From contig DATFEP010000047.1 in NCBI GenBank assembly GCA_035250975.1, forward strand, positions 18,963-82,962: a DNA stretch of 64,000 nt. Reading direction: 5' to 3'. The translations under genes and the position numbers were made by a program. The notes beneath the pieces were generated by a model. It searched no databases, was not told where the DNA came from, and saw only the letters and a program-made list of their open reading frames with translations. Of the stretch, positions 11,063-21,665 are shown piece after piece. Source of the stretch: Nitrososphaeraceae archaeon. Its GTDB lineage: Archaea; Thermoproteota; Nitrososphaeria; Nitrososphaerales; Nitrososphaeraceae. Each line of letters starts with the position of its first letter. Positions within the stretch are counted from its first letter, which is position 1.

Positions 11063-11439
11063 TATTAATTGCATTTCATAAGTAAGCAACTTTAAAAGAA
11101 AAGTTGTAAATTCGGGGACAGAATTACATTCAATAATAAAGATAGTTCATTTTTTATAAAATGTCAAAATACGTAGTAGGATTTTTTACAAGTATGTAGC
11201 TAGTACATTAACTAAAATATGAACGAAATGTGACACAATAATAAATATTTGGTTTAATAATTACCGTAGTTTCAGAAAATTCGATATTAAGAATTAATGA
11301 CAAAATTCTTATACTTTTCATTAATTTTTATCCAGATAGAAAGAAACAAATTTGATAATTATAATTAACAGTAATTTAAATATATTGAAAACCACAGATA
11401 TAGGATTAATTTGAATCTATGGAATTAAAACAAATAAAA

Positions 11440-14232
11440 TTACAGGAAACGTCCGTATACACCTCTGCCCATGGTACTTGCAACTAAGATATTACTATTT
11501 CTCATAAGACCCAAACCTGTGACTATAATACGAGGCATTCCATCTTCAAATGGTTCCCATGAATCACCACCATCACGTGTTCTAAAGACTCCGATACTTG
11601 TTGACGCGTACAAAATTTCTGGATTATATTGGTCAAATACGATTGAGGTAACTGGTACATCTGGAAGTGCATCAGTAGGTAATATTCCACTTGCATTTGT
11701 CCAATGTATTCCACCATCCACCGAACGGAAAATATGTGGCCTACCATACCCACCATAAGAAATGTATAAAAGACTCATAGTATACCACCATGGAGCAATA
11801 CATGTGATATATCCAGAAGGGGGTTTATCATTGAGAGTATAAGGTTCAGTCCAGCTTCCAGGATCTCCATTGGTTATACTTCGATAAATTCTACCTTGAT
11901 CTGTTGCCACAAAGCACACTGACTTATGAGATGGATGGAAAACAACATATTTAGCATCACCAATTGTGGTTAGAACTGATGTCCAGTCGTTTCCTTGATT
12001 AGTACTACGAAATACTTGATTTGCTTGTGTACATAAAAGGAGATTAGAATCACCATGTTTGACAGCGAGATGAGATACATCTATTTTAGGATCTTTTATA
12101 CCATTGAGAATAGTTGTCCAAGTTATTCCTGTATCAGTGCTTCTACGCAAATTATGAGACCAAGGTGTTACGTAAATATTAGAGTTAGTATTAGGATCTA
12201 TGACGAAGATACCTCCTTCATTGCCTGCATTCGTATCCACCCATGTTTGAAATGTTGTGGGCTTTTTCATTAGAATTCCTTCATCTTGAGTACTTCCTCC
12301 AAAAAAAATAGGATAGCTCTGTCCTACTCCAATGGTATAAAATTGTGTAGCTACTAAATTATCGCTTTGAAGTGTCCAACTCGATCCATTATTCCCAGAT
12401 TTATAAACCCCTCCATCCGTAGCAAGATAACAAATATTTGAGTCAGCTGGGTCAAATACGATTATATGCTTATCTGCATGAGTTCCTCCTCCAGCATTAG
12501 AAAATGAATTACCGCCATCGTTACTGCGCTCGAGACCAATGCCACCTGCAAAAATTATATCCTCGTTATTTGGATCAACAGCAACCATATTAGTCCATTC
12601 ATTATAGGTGGCCTTCTGATGTTCTCCTGGAATTCGTATCCAAGTTAAACCAGCGTCTGACGATTTATATAGCTCTCCCGAATCTAAACCCATTTTACTT
12701 ACTACGAAAGAAGTTCCATGTTTACCGTTTAATCCCATAGCTAGCTTTATCCATTCAGCTGAGTATCCAGTAGGAATTCCATTGGTCAGTAAACTCCATG
12801 TACTTCCACCGTCTAAACTTTTAAAGATGCCAGTATTCCAGACGCCAACATATAATATGTTTGGAGATAATGGATCCATAAGTGCATCAGAAATGTGGTC
12901 TGTTCTGACATTGATCCATGTTGATCCTCCATCTATAGATTTATGTAATCCACGGTTTCCAGCAACATATACAATGTTTCTGTCATTGGGATGCACTAGA
13001 ACTTTTGTACATCTGTCACTATTAATCGGTGATAAAAGATCCCAGTCTACGCCGCCATCTACTGTTTTGTAAACCCCTACCCCAGGATATGAAGGCGCCC
13101 AACCAGGAGTATCTTCTCCAGTAGCTGCATAAACCGTCCGAGGAGAACTTTTGGCTATTCCGATCGCACCAATGGCCATTGAGAGTTCCAAATGCATTGT
13201 ACTATACCAACTCAAACCACCGTTATCCGTTTTCCAAACTCCACCATCAGCCGCTCCAGCGTACAAAGTACTTCCGTGAATCGGATGAGGATGAATGGCA
13301 AGGGATTTTATTCTTCCACTAAATCCCTTTTTTGGCCCAGCTAACCTCCATTGTTGACAAGAAGAGCTTTTATCAAAAAGAAGTTCTAGGGGAATGTTAC
13401 TTAATATATCAGAATCAAAAAGCTGTGTCTCTGGTAATCCACCATCTGCTAAGTCAAGTCTCTGACATCTTTCGCACATGTATTTCAATTTTGACTCTTC
13501 GACTGGCGGTAATCCATATTTTGCTGCCAATTGAGGATCCCTGCCAATACTTTCAAATGTATCATTACAAAGAATTAATCTACAAATTTGGTTAATCAAT
13601 TTATCTAGAGATTGTGACTGACGCGCAGCTCTTAGCCATGGCATCGAGCTATTAATTATCATTATTGTTTGCAATAACCAAGGATCTGATGGTAAACCAA
13701 TAGACACATATTTACCAGGTTCTTTGATTATAGCCCATGCATATTCACCATTTAAGGATAATGAGGATCTATTAACTAAAACCCACTCTTTAGTAGATTC
13801 TTCAAATCTAAATATGCGTATGGTGGATGGCTCTATATTAGTAAGTTTATCCTTATCTAAGATAATTTTAAGCATGAATTCTTTAGATGATTGCGATTCG
13901 ATTTTTGCTTCCATTGTTTCAGAAACAAATCCAAAACTAGAATTTGCACGCGGATTATCAACTTTATATATTTCTGGTTTATATCCTTCTTCTTTACCAA
14001 CTATAGTAATATCGAACCCTTTGAGTGGACTTTCTCCAGTATCTAAATCTCTAAATCGGATTTTAGAAAGATTTTTAACATTTTCTATAGCATGTAAACG
14101 ATCTTTATGGGAAATAAATCCATCTTGATCGCTAAAAAGATCCTTAAACCATTGAGCACGTCTTTTGAACACATCCTCTTCATTTTCTATTTCTTCTTCT
14201 TTTTCATTTTTTTCATCGTTAGTAGCACTCAA
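11440..14232 (-). CDS. BNR/Asp-box double beta-propeller protein (VPS10/GH74-like)
   Basis: Many SxDGGxTW Asp-boxes, SGRIKSLAIHP, C-terminal STMGRGVY. Confidence 0.9.
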   Translation of the reverse strand: MSATNDEKNEKEEEIENEEDVFKRRAQWFKDLFSDQDGFISHKDRLHAIENVKNLSKIRFRDLDTGESPLKGFDITIVGKEEGYKPEIYKVDNPRANSSFGFVSETMEAKIESQSSKEFMLKIILDKDKLTNIEPSTIRIFRFEESTKEWVLVNRSSLSLNGEYAWAIIKEPGKYVSIGLPSDPWLLQTIMIINSSMPWLRAARQSQSLDKLINQICRLILCNDTFESIGRDPQLAAKYGLPPVEESKLKYMCERCQRLDLADGGLPETQLFDSDILSNIPLELLFDKSSSCQQWRLAGPKKGFSGRIKSLAIHPHPIHGSTLYAGAADGGVWKTDNGGLSWYSTMHLELSMAIGAIGIAKSSPRTVYAATGEDTPGWAPSYPGVGVYKTVDGGVDWDLLSPINSDRCTKVLVHPNDRNIVYVAGNRGLHKSIDGGSTWINVRTDHISDALMDPLSPNILYVGVWNTGIFKSLDGGSTWSLLTNGIPTGYSAEWIKLAMGLNGKHGTSFVVSKMGLDSGELYKSSDAGLTWIRIPGEHQKATYNEWTNMVAVDPNNEDIIFAGGIGLERSNDGGNSFSNAGGGTHADKHIIVFDPADSNICYLATDGGVYKSGNNGSSWTLQSDNLVATQFYTIGVGQSYPIFFGGSTQDEGILMKKPTTFQTWVDTNAGNEGGIFVIDPNTNSNIYVTPWSHNLRRSTDTGITWTTILNGIKDPKIDVSHLAVKHGDSNLLLCTQANQVFRSTNQGNDWTSVLTTIGDAKYVVFHPSHKSVCFVATDQGRIYRSITNGDPGSWTEPYTLNDKPPSGYITCIAPWWYTMSLLYISYGGYGRPHIFRSVDGGIHWTNASGILPTDALPDVPVTSIVFDQYNPEILYASTSIGVFRTRDGGDSWEPFEDGMPRIIVTGLGLMRNSNILVASTMGRGVYGRFL

Positions 14233-14340
14233 TTTGATATTACTCCCATTTTTGTAATTGCATAATGACCCGAATTATGGTAAAAATTCAAATTAATAAT
14301 TTGATCGTTTCCATCCGTATCATCATTAATCGACATATAA

Positions 14341-14529
14341 TTATTTCCTCCTTGCTAATGGAATTAAAAAAAATATAGTCCATCCTATAATTAATGAAAG
14401 AGTTGGAATAACAATCATTTTAGCTTTAACTTCTGGTAACAATTCAGCAACCAAGGCAAAAGTGGCAAGGATAGCAATTCCAACCAAAAAATAAATTGAT
14501 ACAGTATGAACGACTATTCTAGTTTGCAT
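14341..14529 (-). CDS. Small two-helix membrane protein
   Basis: 62 aa, two hydrophobic segments, basic C-terminus. Confidence 0.55.
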   Translation of the reverse strand: MQTRIVVHTVSIYFLVGIAILATFALVAELLPEVKAKMIVIPTLSLIIGWTIFFLIPLARRK

Positions 14530-14567
14530 TATTAGACTTTGAGTCGATAATATTTAAGTTTTCTTAT

Positions 14568-14591
14568 CAATTTTTCGAAGCCGAAAGATTT
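14568..14591. repeat. Degenerate copy of dispersed palindrome
   Basis: caatttttcgaagccgaaagattt, 20/24 match to consensus. Confidence 0.5.
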
Positions 14592-14662
14592 GTTGAAAAA
14601 GGATTCATATTTGCTTGGACCAATTAACGAACTTAGTTCAATACCTAAAATTCAAAGCTTAG

Positions 14663-14698
14663 ATGGCTTCGACTATGGCATATAGTTGGGATCGGTAA
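14663..14698 (+). repeat. Hairpin-type repeat, divergent copy 3
   Basis: Blocks GGCTTCGA and GGGnTCGGTAA at the same spacing as in 9295-9330. Confidence 0.5.
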
Positions 14699-14823
14699 AC
14701 TGGTATTTATTAGTTTGGTAACTTAATAATTGATAACAATTTCCAAGACTGGAAAAAATGAAAAAAGGAAATTAGTGGGATTTGAACCCCTTCTATAAAG
14801 ATGGACCAGCAAAATATATTAGG

Positions 14824-14852
14824 TTCAGATTTAACTTAGCATTAAATCTGAA
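14824..14852. repeat. Perfect 11-bp inverted repeat with 7-bp spacer
   Basis: TTCAGATTTAA-cttagca-TTAAATCTGAA. Confidence 0.75.
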
Positions 14853-14966
14853 TGTTAGGGCTTTATAAGTACTAAACTTTATTATTTTCCTTATTTTTAG
14901 TTGAATAATGATATTGATTTCTCTATCTATCGTCATAAATTAGCTCAGAAATTAGTATAAGATAGG

Positions 14967-16538
14967 TCAAATCAATTGTATAAATTTGGCTTTTGATGGT
15001 GTTTCGTCTTTATTTAAAATAAATAACATATAATATCCAGGTGGTGCAACATTTGAATTATTTTCCATCTTCACAGTAAGTTCATTCTTTTTTGTATCTA
15101 TTATTTCAAGCTCTATACATCTCTGATCTGTATTAAGTGAATGAGTAACCGAACTAGGTCGTATTATAGTAACTAAAGTAATTTCTTCTGCCTGATCTGA
15201 TTCTATTAACATATCTTTGCCATAATTTACTTGCTTTGTGACATTTTTTATAATTGGACGAGATAATCCTGAAATATTATCCTCCATCAAATAAGGTGGT
15301 GTGAATACTTCAATCCTGTATTCATCATGTTCTCTATCTTCATTCCATTCTTTGTCCGTACCGCTTGTCATAATGGTACCATCAGCAAGAAGTAATGCAT
15401 TTGCATGATACAACCTAGGTACTTTCATTTCATTTAATTGTGTCCATGACTCATTTTCAGGATCATAAAGGTCGGCAGTTAAAACTGGATCTTTTCCTGC
15501 ATCCGATTTTCCTTTCTCAGTCCCATTTACAACTAAAACTTTCTTATTCGGGAGTAACACTGCATCAGGCATTACCCTTGTAAAATTCATTTTTGCTGTA
15601 TATTGCCACTGAGGAGTTTCTGATTTTAAATCTTGGTTAGCATGTATTTTTATTATTTCACAAGTATCTGTTGCACGAGTATCGATATCTGGATCATCTG
15701 ACTTTCCACCTCCACCGATTAACATTATTTTAGCTTCCAAAGAATTAAGATTGAAAGGAAGAATAACGCTTGTTCCTTGTACTGGATTGGTTCTGGAATA
15801 TTCATAGTTTGTATGTATTTCCAGTATTTTATTTGTAGATTTAGATTTTACCCACAAATTATTTTTAACATCATAAAATCTGGTTGTTCGCTCTGAATGA
15901 ACAAAAATATGTCCGTTTGGCAACAAATATAAAAATGGATATAATCCTAACCTAAATGGAATCTTTTGTATCTTTTTTAGTCCTGTTTTTTTATTGTAAA
16001 TTTCTAATCTGTTATTTACAAAATTAAATGGTCCGACTTTTTTAACTCCATATATTCCATAACTACCAGAAACAATTACAATACTTCCATCAAAAACAGA
16101 AACGCATGATGGATACCATCTGGCTAAAAAAGAACGTTTCGTTAATTTCCATTCATCGTTATCAACTGAAAATGTATGTGTACATATACTTGGTGGATCA
16201 ACTAATAAAATAGGATTATGAATTGTTTGATATTGACCTCCAGAAACAAATAAGTCTCCATCATCTAAAAAACAATGACCACCACAAAATACGTTCTTTT
16301 TAATTCTTTTTGGCTCTTCTCCTGTCCAATTTTCTACATCTATAATTTCATATACACCATAGTGTGACGCACTTCCAAAGAGACTATGGGGGTGCTCTTT
16401 ACCATTATGATCATGCTCTTCCTTACTTGGATACGAAAAAAGAATGATTTTGCCATTGTTTAATAAAGCAGCATGTATTCCTACAATTCGAGAATGATAC
16501 TTTACATTCCACTCTCCATTACTTTTCGATACAGACAA
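14967..16538 (-). CDS. Copper radical oxidase (galactose/glyoxal oxidase-like, Kelch plus C-terminal Ig domain)
   Basis: FCGGH, RWYP, RLYHA, SVTHS and APPGYYMLF motifs. Confidence 0.9.
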   Translation of the reverse strand: MSVSKSNGEWNVKYHSRIVGIHAALLNNGKIILFSYPSKEEHDHNGKEHPHSLFGSASHYGVYEIIDVENWTGEEPKRIKKNVFCGGHCFLDDGDLFVSGGQYQTIHNPILLVDPPSICTHTFSVDNDEWKLTKRSFLARWYPSCVSVFDGSIVIVSGSYGIYGVKKVGPFNFVNNRLEIYNKKTGLKKIQKIPFRLGLYPFLYLLPNGHIFVHSERTTRFYDVKNNLWVKSKSTNKILEIHTNYEYSRTNPVQGTSVILPFNLNSLEAKIMLIGGGGKSDDPDIDTRATDTCEIIKIHANQDLKSETPQWQYTAKMNFTRVMPDAVLLPNKKVLVVNGTEKGKSDAGKDPVLTADLYDPENESWTQLNEMKVPRLYHANALLLADGTIMTSGTDKEWNEDREHDEYRIEVFTPPYLMEDNISGLSRPIIKNVTKQVNYGKDMLIESDQAEEITLVTIIRPSSVTHSLNTDQRCIELEIIDTKKNELTVKMENNSNVAPPGYYMLFILNKDETPSKAKFIQLI

Positions 16539-16587
16539 CTATAAAATAATTCATTTATAGTATTTCAATTTATTTCTCTATTTCTGT

Positions 16588-16604
16588 ATTTTTCGGCGCC
16601 GAAA
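16588..16604. repeat. Dispersed palindrome copy between divergent oxidase genes
   Basis: atttttcggcgccgaaa; core 16591-16604 is a perfect palindrome. Confidence 0.8.
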
Positions 16605-16698
16605 TAAAGTAAAGTATATACTTTATAATTCAAATAAAATTCATATTATCTTATATTTTGACCAAATTATTTTTATATTATTACAAATCAAATTATTC

Positions 16699-19227
16699 AT
16701 GTCCTTTGAACTTAAAGGAACTCTAACTGATTCTACTGGAAACGCTATACCAAATCATACAATAAAAGCATTTGATAAGGATCCGCTAATCGATCTTTTA
16801 GGCGATGACCCTTTAGGAAGTTCTGTTACTCTTGATGATGGCTCGTTTAAAATAACTTTTTCAAAGGAAGATTTTAAAAAACCTGCTGAATTTTGGGAAT
16901 CAGTAACCAATGAACCTGAGTTATATCTAAAAATTTTTGATATAGATGGAAAGATAATACATCAAACAGGAATAATGAGCGATCCATTTTCACCATATGT
17001 TGATCCTGCTGATATTAATCAATGTGAGGCTGTGGTTGTAGGCTCTGGATTTGGAGGTACCATTGTCTCTTTATCATTGGTAAATAAATTCGTAAGTGAT
17101 GCTACAGCTCCCGGTTCAGAAAAAAAGAAAGTTGTTATATTAGAACGTGGACAATGGTGGGTTAGTCACGAATTACCATTAAGCCCAGGTTCACATGAAT
17201 TTGAAAAAAAAGGTAAACTAGGAAAGGGAATAAGAGAATTCTTGGAGACAAATGATATGCCTTATAGAACATGGCCTTATCCAGATAATCTAAATGGATT
17301 ATCACAATTTCTTAAAACTGTTCGTGTAATAGATAGAAGAGGATTATATGACTATAGAATATCTAATAAAATTCATACACTTGCTGCAAGTGGCGTTGGC
17401 GGTGGTTCCTTAGTTTATACAAATGTTACCGAGAAACCTCACGATAGCGTCCTCGATTCCTGGGATAGTGATCTAGATCTTGGAATAAATGCATCCAACT
17501 TGTCACAATATTTTGATATGGCACGAGGTTTTATTGGCGTAAATAAGATTGCAACTACAACATCGATTGGTGATATTAAACTTCCAAAGTCAAAGGTATT
17601 TCAGGAGGCTGCAGAAAAAATAAGACAACAATCTCCAGGTATTGTTACCAATAAATCTTCTTTTGACACTTCTGATCCTGGCCAAAATCCTTCTGATTAT
17701 GAAGAAGATATTTATGCAGTAGATCTTTCTATTACAGACATTCCCTATAGAAAAGATGAAGATACTTTATTTAAAAAATCGCCTTTACTTTTAGACACAT
17801 CCGGAAAATATTCATTTTCAACCATATTAGATGCAATTGATGGAGATCCACCAAATCCAGATCCAGCAATGACGAAACTCTTAAGGGAAAAATTAGCAAA
17901 TTTATTAAGAAAACATTTTCCAGAAACAAATGCATGTCAACGTCAGGGAAGATGTGCATTGGGATGTATTCCAGGTGCAAGACATACAAATAATAAAAAG
18001 CTATTTGATTATCTGAAAGATGATAAAAAGAAAGAGCATCTTCTAGTACGTGCCTTATGTGAAGTTTATGATATAGAACCATTAGCACCAGGTGCTTTCA
18101 AATATAGAGTTTATTACAATGATTATGGTGCTAGAGATAAAAAAGAAGAAAATTTTGACTGGAATGATGGTCCGAACTCGTACAAACTTTCAATACGGTT
18201 ATTTAGATTAGTTGATGGTGGAAGGAAAAAAACAATTGAGTGTAAAAAATTGATTCTTGCTGCTGGATCTATAGGAAGTACAGAAATTTTGTTAAAGTCA
18301 ATAAATACCACTAGACAGAATGGTCAGAAACTCGAATTAAGTGATAGACTTGGTAAGGGTTATTCAACGAATGGAGATTTATTGGGAGTAATAAATCCTA
18401 CCAAGACAGACATTTATGCTACACGAGGTCCAATAGTCACATCGGCAATAAAATTTAACGAAGGGTCAGGATTTGTTTATACTATAGAGGACAGTAATAT
18501 TCCTAAGATGTTTGCAGGTGTATCAAAATTATTATCAAAGTCAAGTTCATTCAGAAAACTTCTTGGCTATGTAGGCAAAGGAGGAGTACAAGATATAATA
18601 TCCATGATTACTCAAAATCCAGCTGGAATTCCTCTACCAAACATTGATTTTTCATTACAAATTTCTGAACAAGATCTTTCAAAGACTTTACTCCTTGCTG
18701 GAATGGGTACAGATACATCGGATGGTACAATAAAACTTCAAGAGTCATGGAAGAACAATCCAAACAGAGACATGAATGCATTGAATGTTTTAGACGTCAA
18801 TTTTGACATGAATAAACTGGTACCATTGTTTAACAAAATGAGAAATTCAATGGAGAAAATAGCAAGAGAAATAGGTGAAAAGGGTTTAGCAAGTTTTTCA
18901 ACTCCATTATGGAATCCTTCTAACACAAATGAAAACTTGACTGTTGTTTTGCATAATTTAGGGGGTTGCTCAATGGGCAAGGATAGGAATAACGGAGTTG
19001 TTAATACTTTCGGCCAGGTCTATAAAGGAAATGGTTTAACAATAACAGAAACGTATGATGATTTTCATGTTGTTGATGGTGGTATAGTTCCGTCATCTAT
19101 TGGAGTCAATTCTTCTTTAACAATTTCCGCGTTGGCATTTAGAATAGCAGAAAATCTTGTTGGTCATTCACATCTTCCTATAGAAGAGGTACCATTAGGA
19201 ACAAAAACATTATACTTTCCTAAATAA
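16699..19227 (+). CDS. GMC family oxidoreductase (cholesterol oxidase-like) with N-terminal transthyretin-like domain
   Basis: VVGSGFGG, LERG, GVGGGSLVY, CQRQGRCALGC, LAAGSIGS, HNLGGCSMG, VVDGG. Confidence 0.9.
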   Translation: MSFELKGTLTDSTGNAIPNHTIKAFDKDPLIDLLGDDPLGSSVTLDDGSFKITFSKEDFKKPAEFWESVTNEPELYLKIFDIDGKIIHQTGIMSDPFSPYVDPADINQCEAVVVGSGFGGTIVSLSLVNKFVSDATAPGSEKKKVVILERGQWWVSHELPLSPGSHEFEKKGKLGKGIREFLETNDMPYRTWPYPDNLNGLSQFLKTVRVIDRRGLYDYRISNKIHTLAASGVGGGSLVYTNVTEKPHDSVLDSWDSDLDLGINASNLSQYFDMARGFIGVNKIATTTSIGDIKLPKSKVFQEAAEKIRQQSPGIVTNKSSFDTSDPGQNPSDYEEDIYAVDLSITDIPYRKDEDTLFKKSPLLLDTSGKYSFSTILDAIDGDPPNPDPAMTKLLREKLANLLRKHFPETNACQRQGRCALGCIPGARHTNNKKLFDYLKDDKKKEHLLVRALCEVYDIEPLAPGAFKYRVYYNDYGARDKKEENFDWNDGPNSYKLSIRLFRLVDGGRKKTIECKKLILAAGSIGSTEILLKSINTTRQNGQKLELSDRLGKGYSTNGDLLGVINPTKTDIYATRGPIVTSAIKFNEGSGFVYTIEDSNIPKMFAGVSKLLSKSSSFRKLLGYVGKGGVQDIISMITQNPAGIPLPNIDFSLQISEQDLSKTLLLAGMGTDTSDGTIKLQESWKNNPNRDMNALNVLDVNFDMNKLVPLFNKMRNSMEKIAREIGEKGLASFSTPLWNPSNTNENLTVVLHNLGGCSMGKDRNNGVVNTFGQVYKGNGLTITETYDDFHVVDGGIVPSSIGVNSSLTISALAFRIAENLVGHSHLPIEEVPLGTKTLYFPK

Positions 19228-19379
19228 ATTGTTTCCGTACTAAATTCTTGAACAACACTAAAATTTTACAAGTTTTTCAAAATGACAAAAATACTTTTCT
19301 ATCATCTGTACAGTTCTCAATCTTGTAAAATTATATAATTTTCAGGCTGTGGAATACAACTTTACGATGTTTTATATCA

Positions 19380-19540
19380 TACATCCCTATGTACATTGTT
19401 TTGAATTAGGTCAAACAGAAAACCCGAAAGCGTACGCGTTGGGTGTAATCTGTTGTACACAGGATGTATTAGGAAATCAGCCAGCGAAGATCTGAAGTCT
19501 AGCTTGTACACTGACTCCTTCTCCGGTTCTTTTGGATAGA
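19380..19540. other. Locally GC-richer multi-hairpin intergenic element (candidate ncRNA or mobile-element end)
   Basis: Stems 19380-19395/19454-19468, 19422-19427/19439-19444, 19471-19480/19511-19519, 19522-19526/19532-19536. Confidence 0.45.
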
Positions 19541-19761
19541 CGTTTTACTTGATATTCTTATATTATAATTCTATTTTTGTGAATTGAATGAAATTAGTAG
19601 CTTCATACTAGTAATGAACCAGAGAGTTGTGTTTTTCTAGATAATGTATGGTAATTTATCTAATGAATCGATAAAATATTATGCTTGAAAAATGATATCT
19701 TAACTTTCTAATACATATCTAATATTATATTGTATGTATATATGATTTATGTTTGGATTTT

Positions 19762-19800
19762 TTTGACCTATTTGACCTATTATTTGACCTATTTGACGCA
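19762..19800 (+). repeat. Four tandem TTTGACCTA-type direct repeats
   Basis: tttgaccta tttgaccta tta tttgaccta tttgacgca. Confidence 0.8.
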
Positions 19801-19832
19801 AGCCATATATAGTTCATACCCACAAATACACC

Positions 19833-21398
19833 ATACCAGCTACAATACCCAACAAAATTCGAATAAGCGTTATTCGTGAATGGCTAAAAGGAAGGTTCAG
19901 AAATGAAATAGCAATTGAACACAACATCAGTACTGGTGCAGTTTCAAATATTGTTGCAGAATGGCGCAATGATCTAGGAAGTTATGAGGCTGATAGTCTT
20001 CGCGAATTAGCATTAGCTTTAAAAAATCTGAAACTCTCTCCAGACCAGTGTGCAGTGGGTTTTAGAACCGCTAGGATGATGTTAAAATCCGGAGTACATG
20101 AGGATGACTTTAACCAGTTTATGAACGAGGTTTATGCAAAATGTGAATTACTAGAAATTTCACCTGATGAAATTACCCTTTATTTAAATGAATTAGTAAA
20201 AATGTCAAAAATTGTGTTTCCCTCGCAGATTCCTGACTACCTTGAAAAGAAAAGAGAAGAAATACAAAAAATAGAACAACAATTAAAGGAAAAAAATCAA
20301 AATTTAATTTCTCTTAACGATGAAACAACGGCAGCTGAGAACCGTCTAAATAAGACGCTAGAAAATGAAAATATCTCATCAGAAACAATTGAATGGAACT
20401 ATAGAACAAAAAAAGAACTTGAAAATAATGGAATACCAGTCAACGAGTTGGATTTATTTATACAGTGCGTCAAGGGTATAAAAAACCTTAATTATGATGT
20501 TAGAAAAGTTTTAGCTAAATATTCCGAATACGAATATTTTGTTGATTTAATTGAATCACAAAAGCACATACACGAAAAAATGAAAAAGGATATTGCAGCT
20601 GCAGAATTTCAATTAGCACAGTTGAATCCACGTATAAATGACAAAAGATTAAAGCTCTCCAAAATCTTCCAACTAGAAAAGATGGGATTTGGTCTTGAAC
20701 AATTAAGATATTTACATAATACAATAAAAGAAATTGCAAAAGAAAATGACATAGGGACTGATACTGCAGTAGAAAAGTTTTTCAATGACCTTGATGACTA
20801 CGAAGAAATTGCTGGTTTTCAGAATAAATTGAAACAGCAAAGAGAAGAGAGTAACAAGTTGAATATACAAATAGCTACAGCAAGATCTATTTTATTAGCT
20901 CATCAGTATATTGGACCAGTTTTACAAAATCTATTAGCAAAAGGAATTACAGAAAACGACATAATCAATATTAACGCAATCTTGTCATTAATAGAACCTG
21001 ATTATTTTAATAGAAATCTGCACAAACAGCAGTTAATTGAGGATCTTGAAAATTATAAAAACTTGAAAAAATTAATACAATCTCTAGAACAACATAAAAT
21101 AAATTTAGAAAAGAATAATTTTATTCTAGAAAACCACAAACAGCAATTGGAAAATTTTATAAACTTATACCTTCTTTTTTTGTTATCATTTTTAGGGGAC
21201 ATCAAGTCTTCGTTGAACAGAAAGTTACATTTTGAAAATCTGCACCAGATATTTTTAGTATGTATACTGAATCTTGCAAAAGATGCCAAATTTTCGTCTA
21301 GTGATGAAAAAAAAGAAGATCGAGAAGATCGAGAAAATGAAAACGATCACTCAGAAAATGATAATCATCGTAAAAGAAATGAAGGAAAATCGAAATAA
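19833..21398 (+). CDS. N-terminal HTH plus long coiled-coil protein; probable ATA start
   Basis: The frame of 20055..21398 is open upstream: (M)PATIPNKIRISVIREWLKGRFRNEIAIEHNISTGAVSNIV, HTH-like; heptad-rich body. Confidence 0.75.
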   Translation: MPATIPNKIRISVIREWLKGRFRNEIAIEHNISTGAVSNIVAEWRNDLGSYEADSLRELALALKNLKLSPDQCAVGFRTARMMLKSGVHEDDFNQFMNEVYAKCELLEISPDEITLYLNELVKMSKIVFPSQIPDYLEKKREEIQKIEQQLKEKNQNLISLNDETTAAENRLNKTLENENISSETIEWNYRTKKELENNGIPVNELDLFIQCVKGIKNLNYDVRKVLAKYSEYEYFVDLIESQKHIHEKMKKDIAAAEFQLAQLNPRINDKRLKLSKIFQLEKMGFGLEQLRYLHNTIKEIAKENDIGTDTAVEKFFNDLDDYEEIAGFQNKLKQQREESNKLNIQIATARSILLAHQYIGPVLQNLLAKGITENDIININAILSLIEPDYFNRNLHKQQLIEDLENYKNLKKLIQSLEQHKINLEKNNFILENHKQQLENFINLYLLFLLSFLGDIKSSLNRKLHFENLHQIFLVCILNLAKDAKFSSSDEKKEDREDRENENDHSENDNHRKRNEGKSK

Positions 21399-21665
21399 AA
21401 TTTTCACTGCCAAAAACGTTTGATCTTGAATTTGGTATAGAAATAAATATAAATATGTTGATTCTGTTATATGGATCTAAAACTATTCAGATTTTACTTG
21501 AAATCAACTATAATCTAATTTATGCTTTATTTACTTAAAGAAAAGAAAACGATGTTGTTTTATTTCCATATATATAAATTTATATATATTAAATGAAATG
21601 GATTGTTGGTAACAAACGATTTTTAATGCAATTTCTAGTTGCCTTAATTCTTTGTTATTATATTA

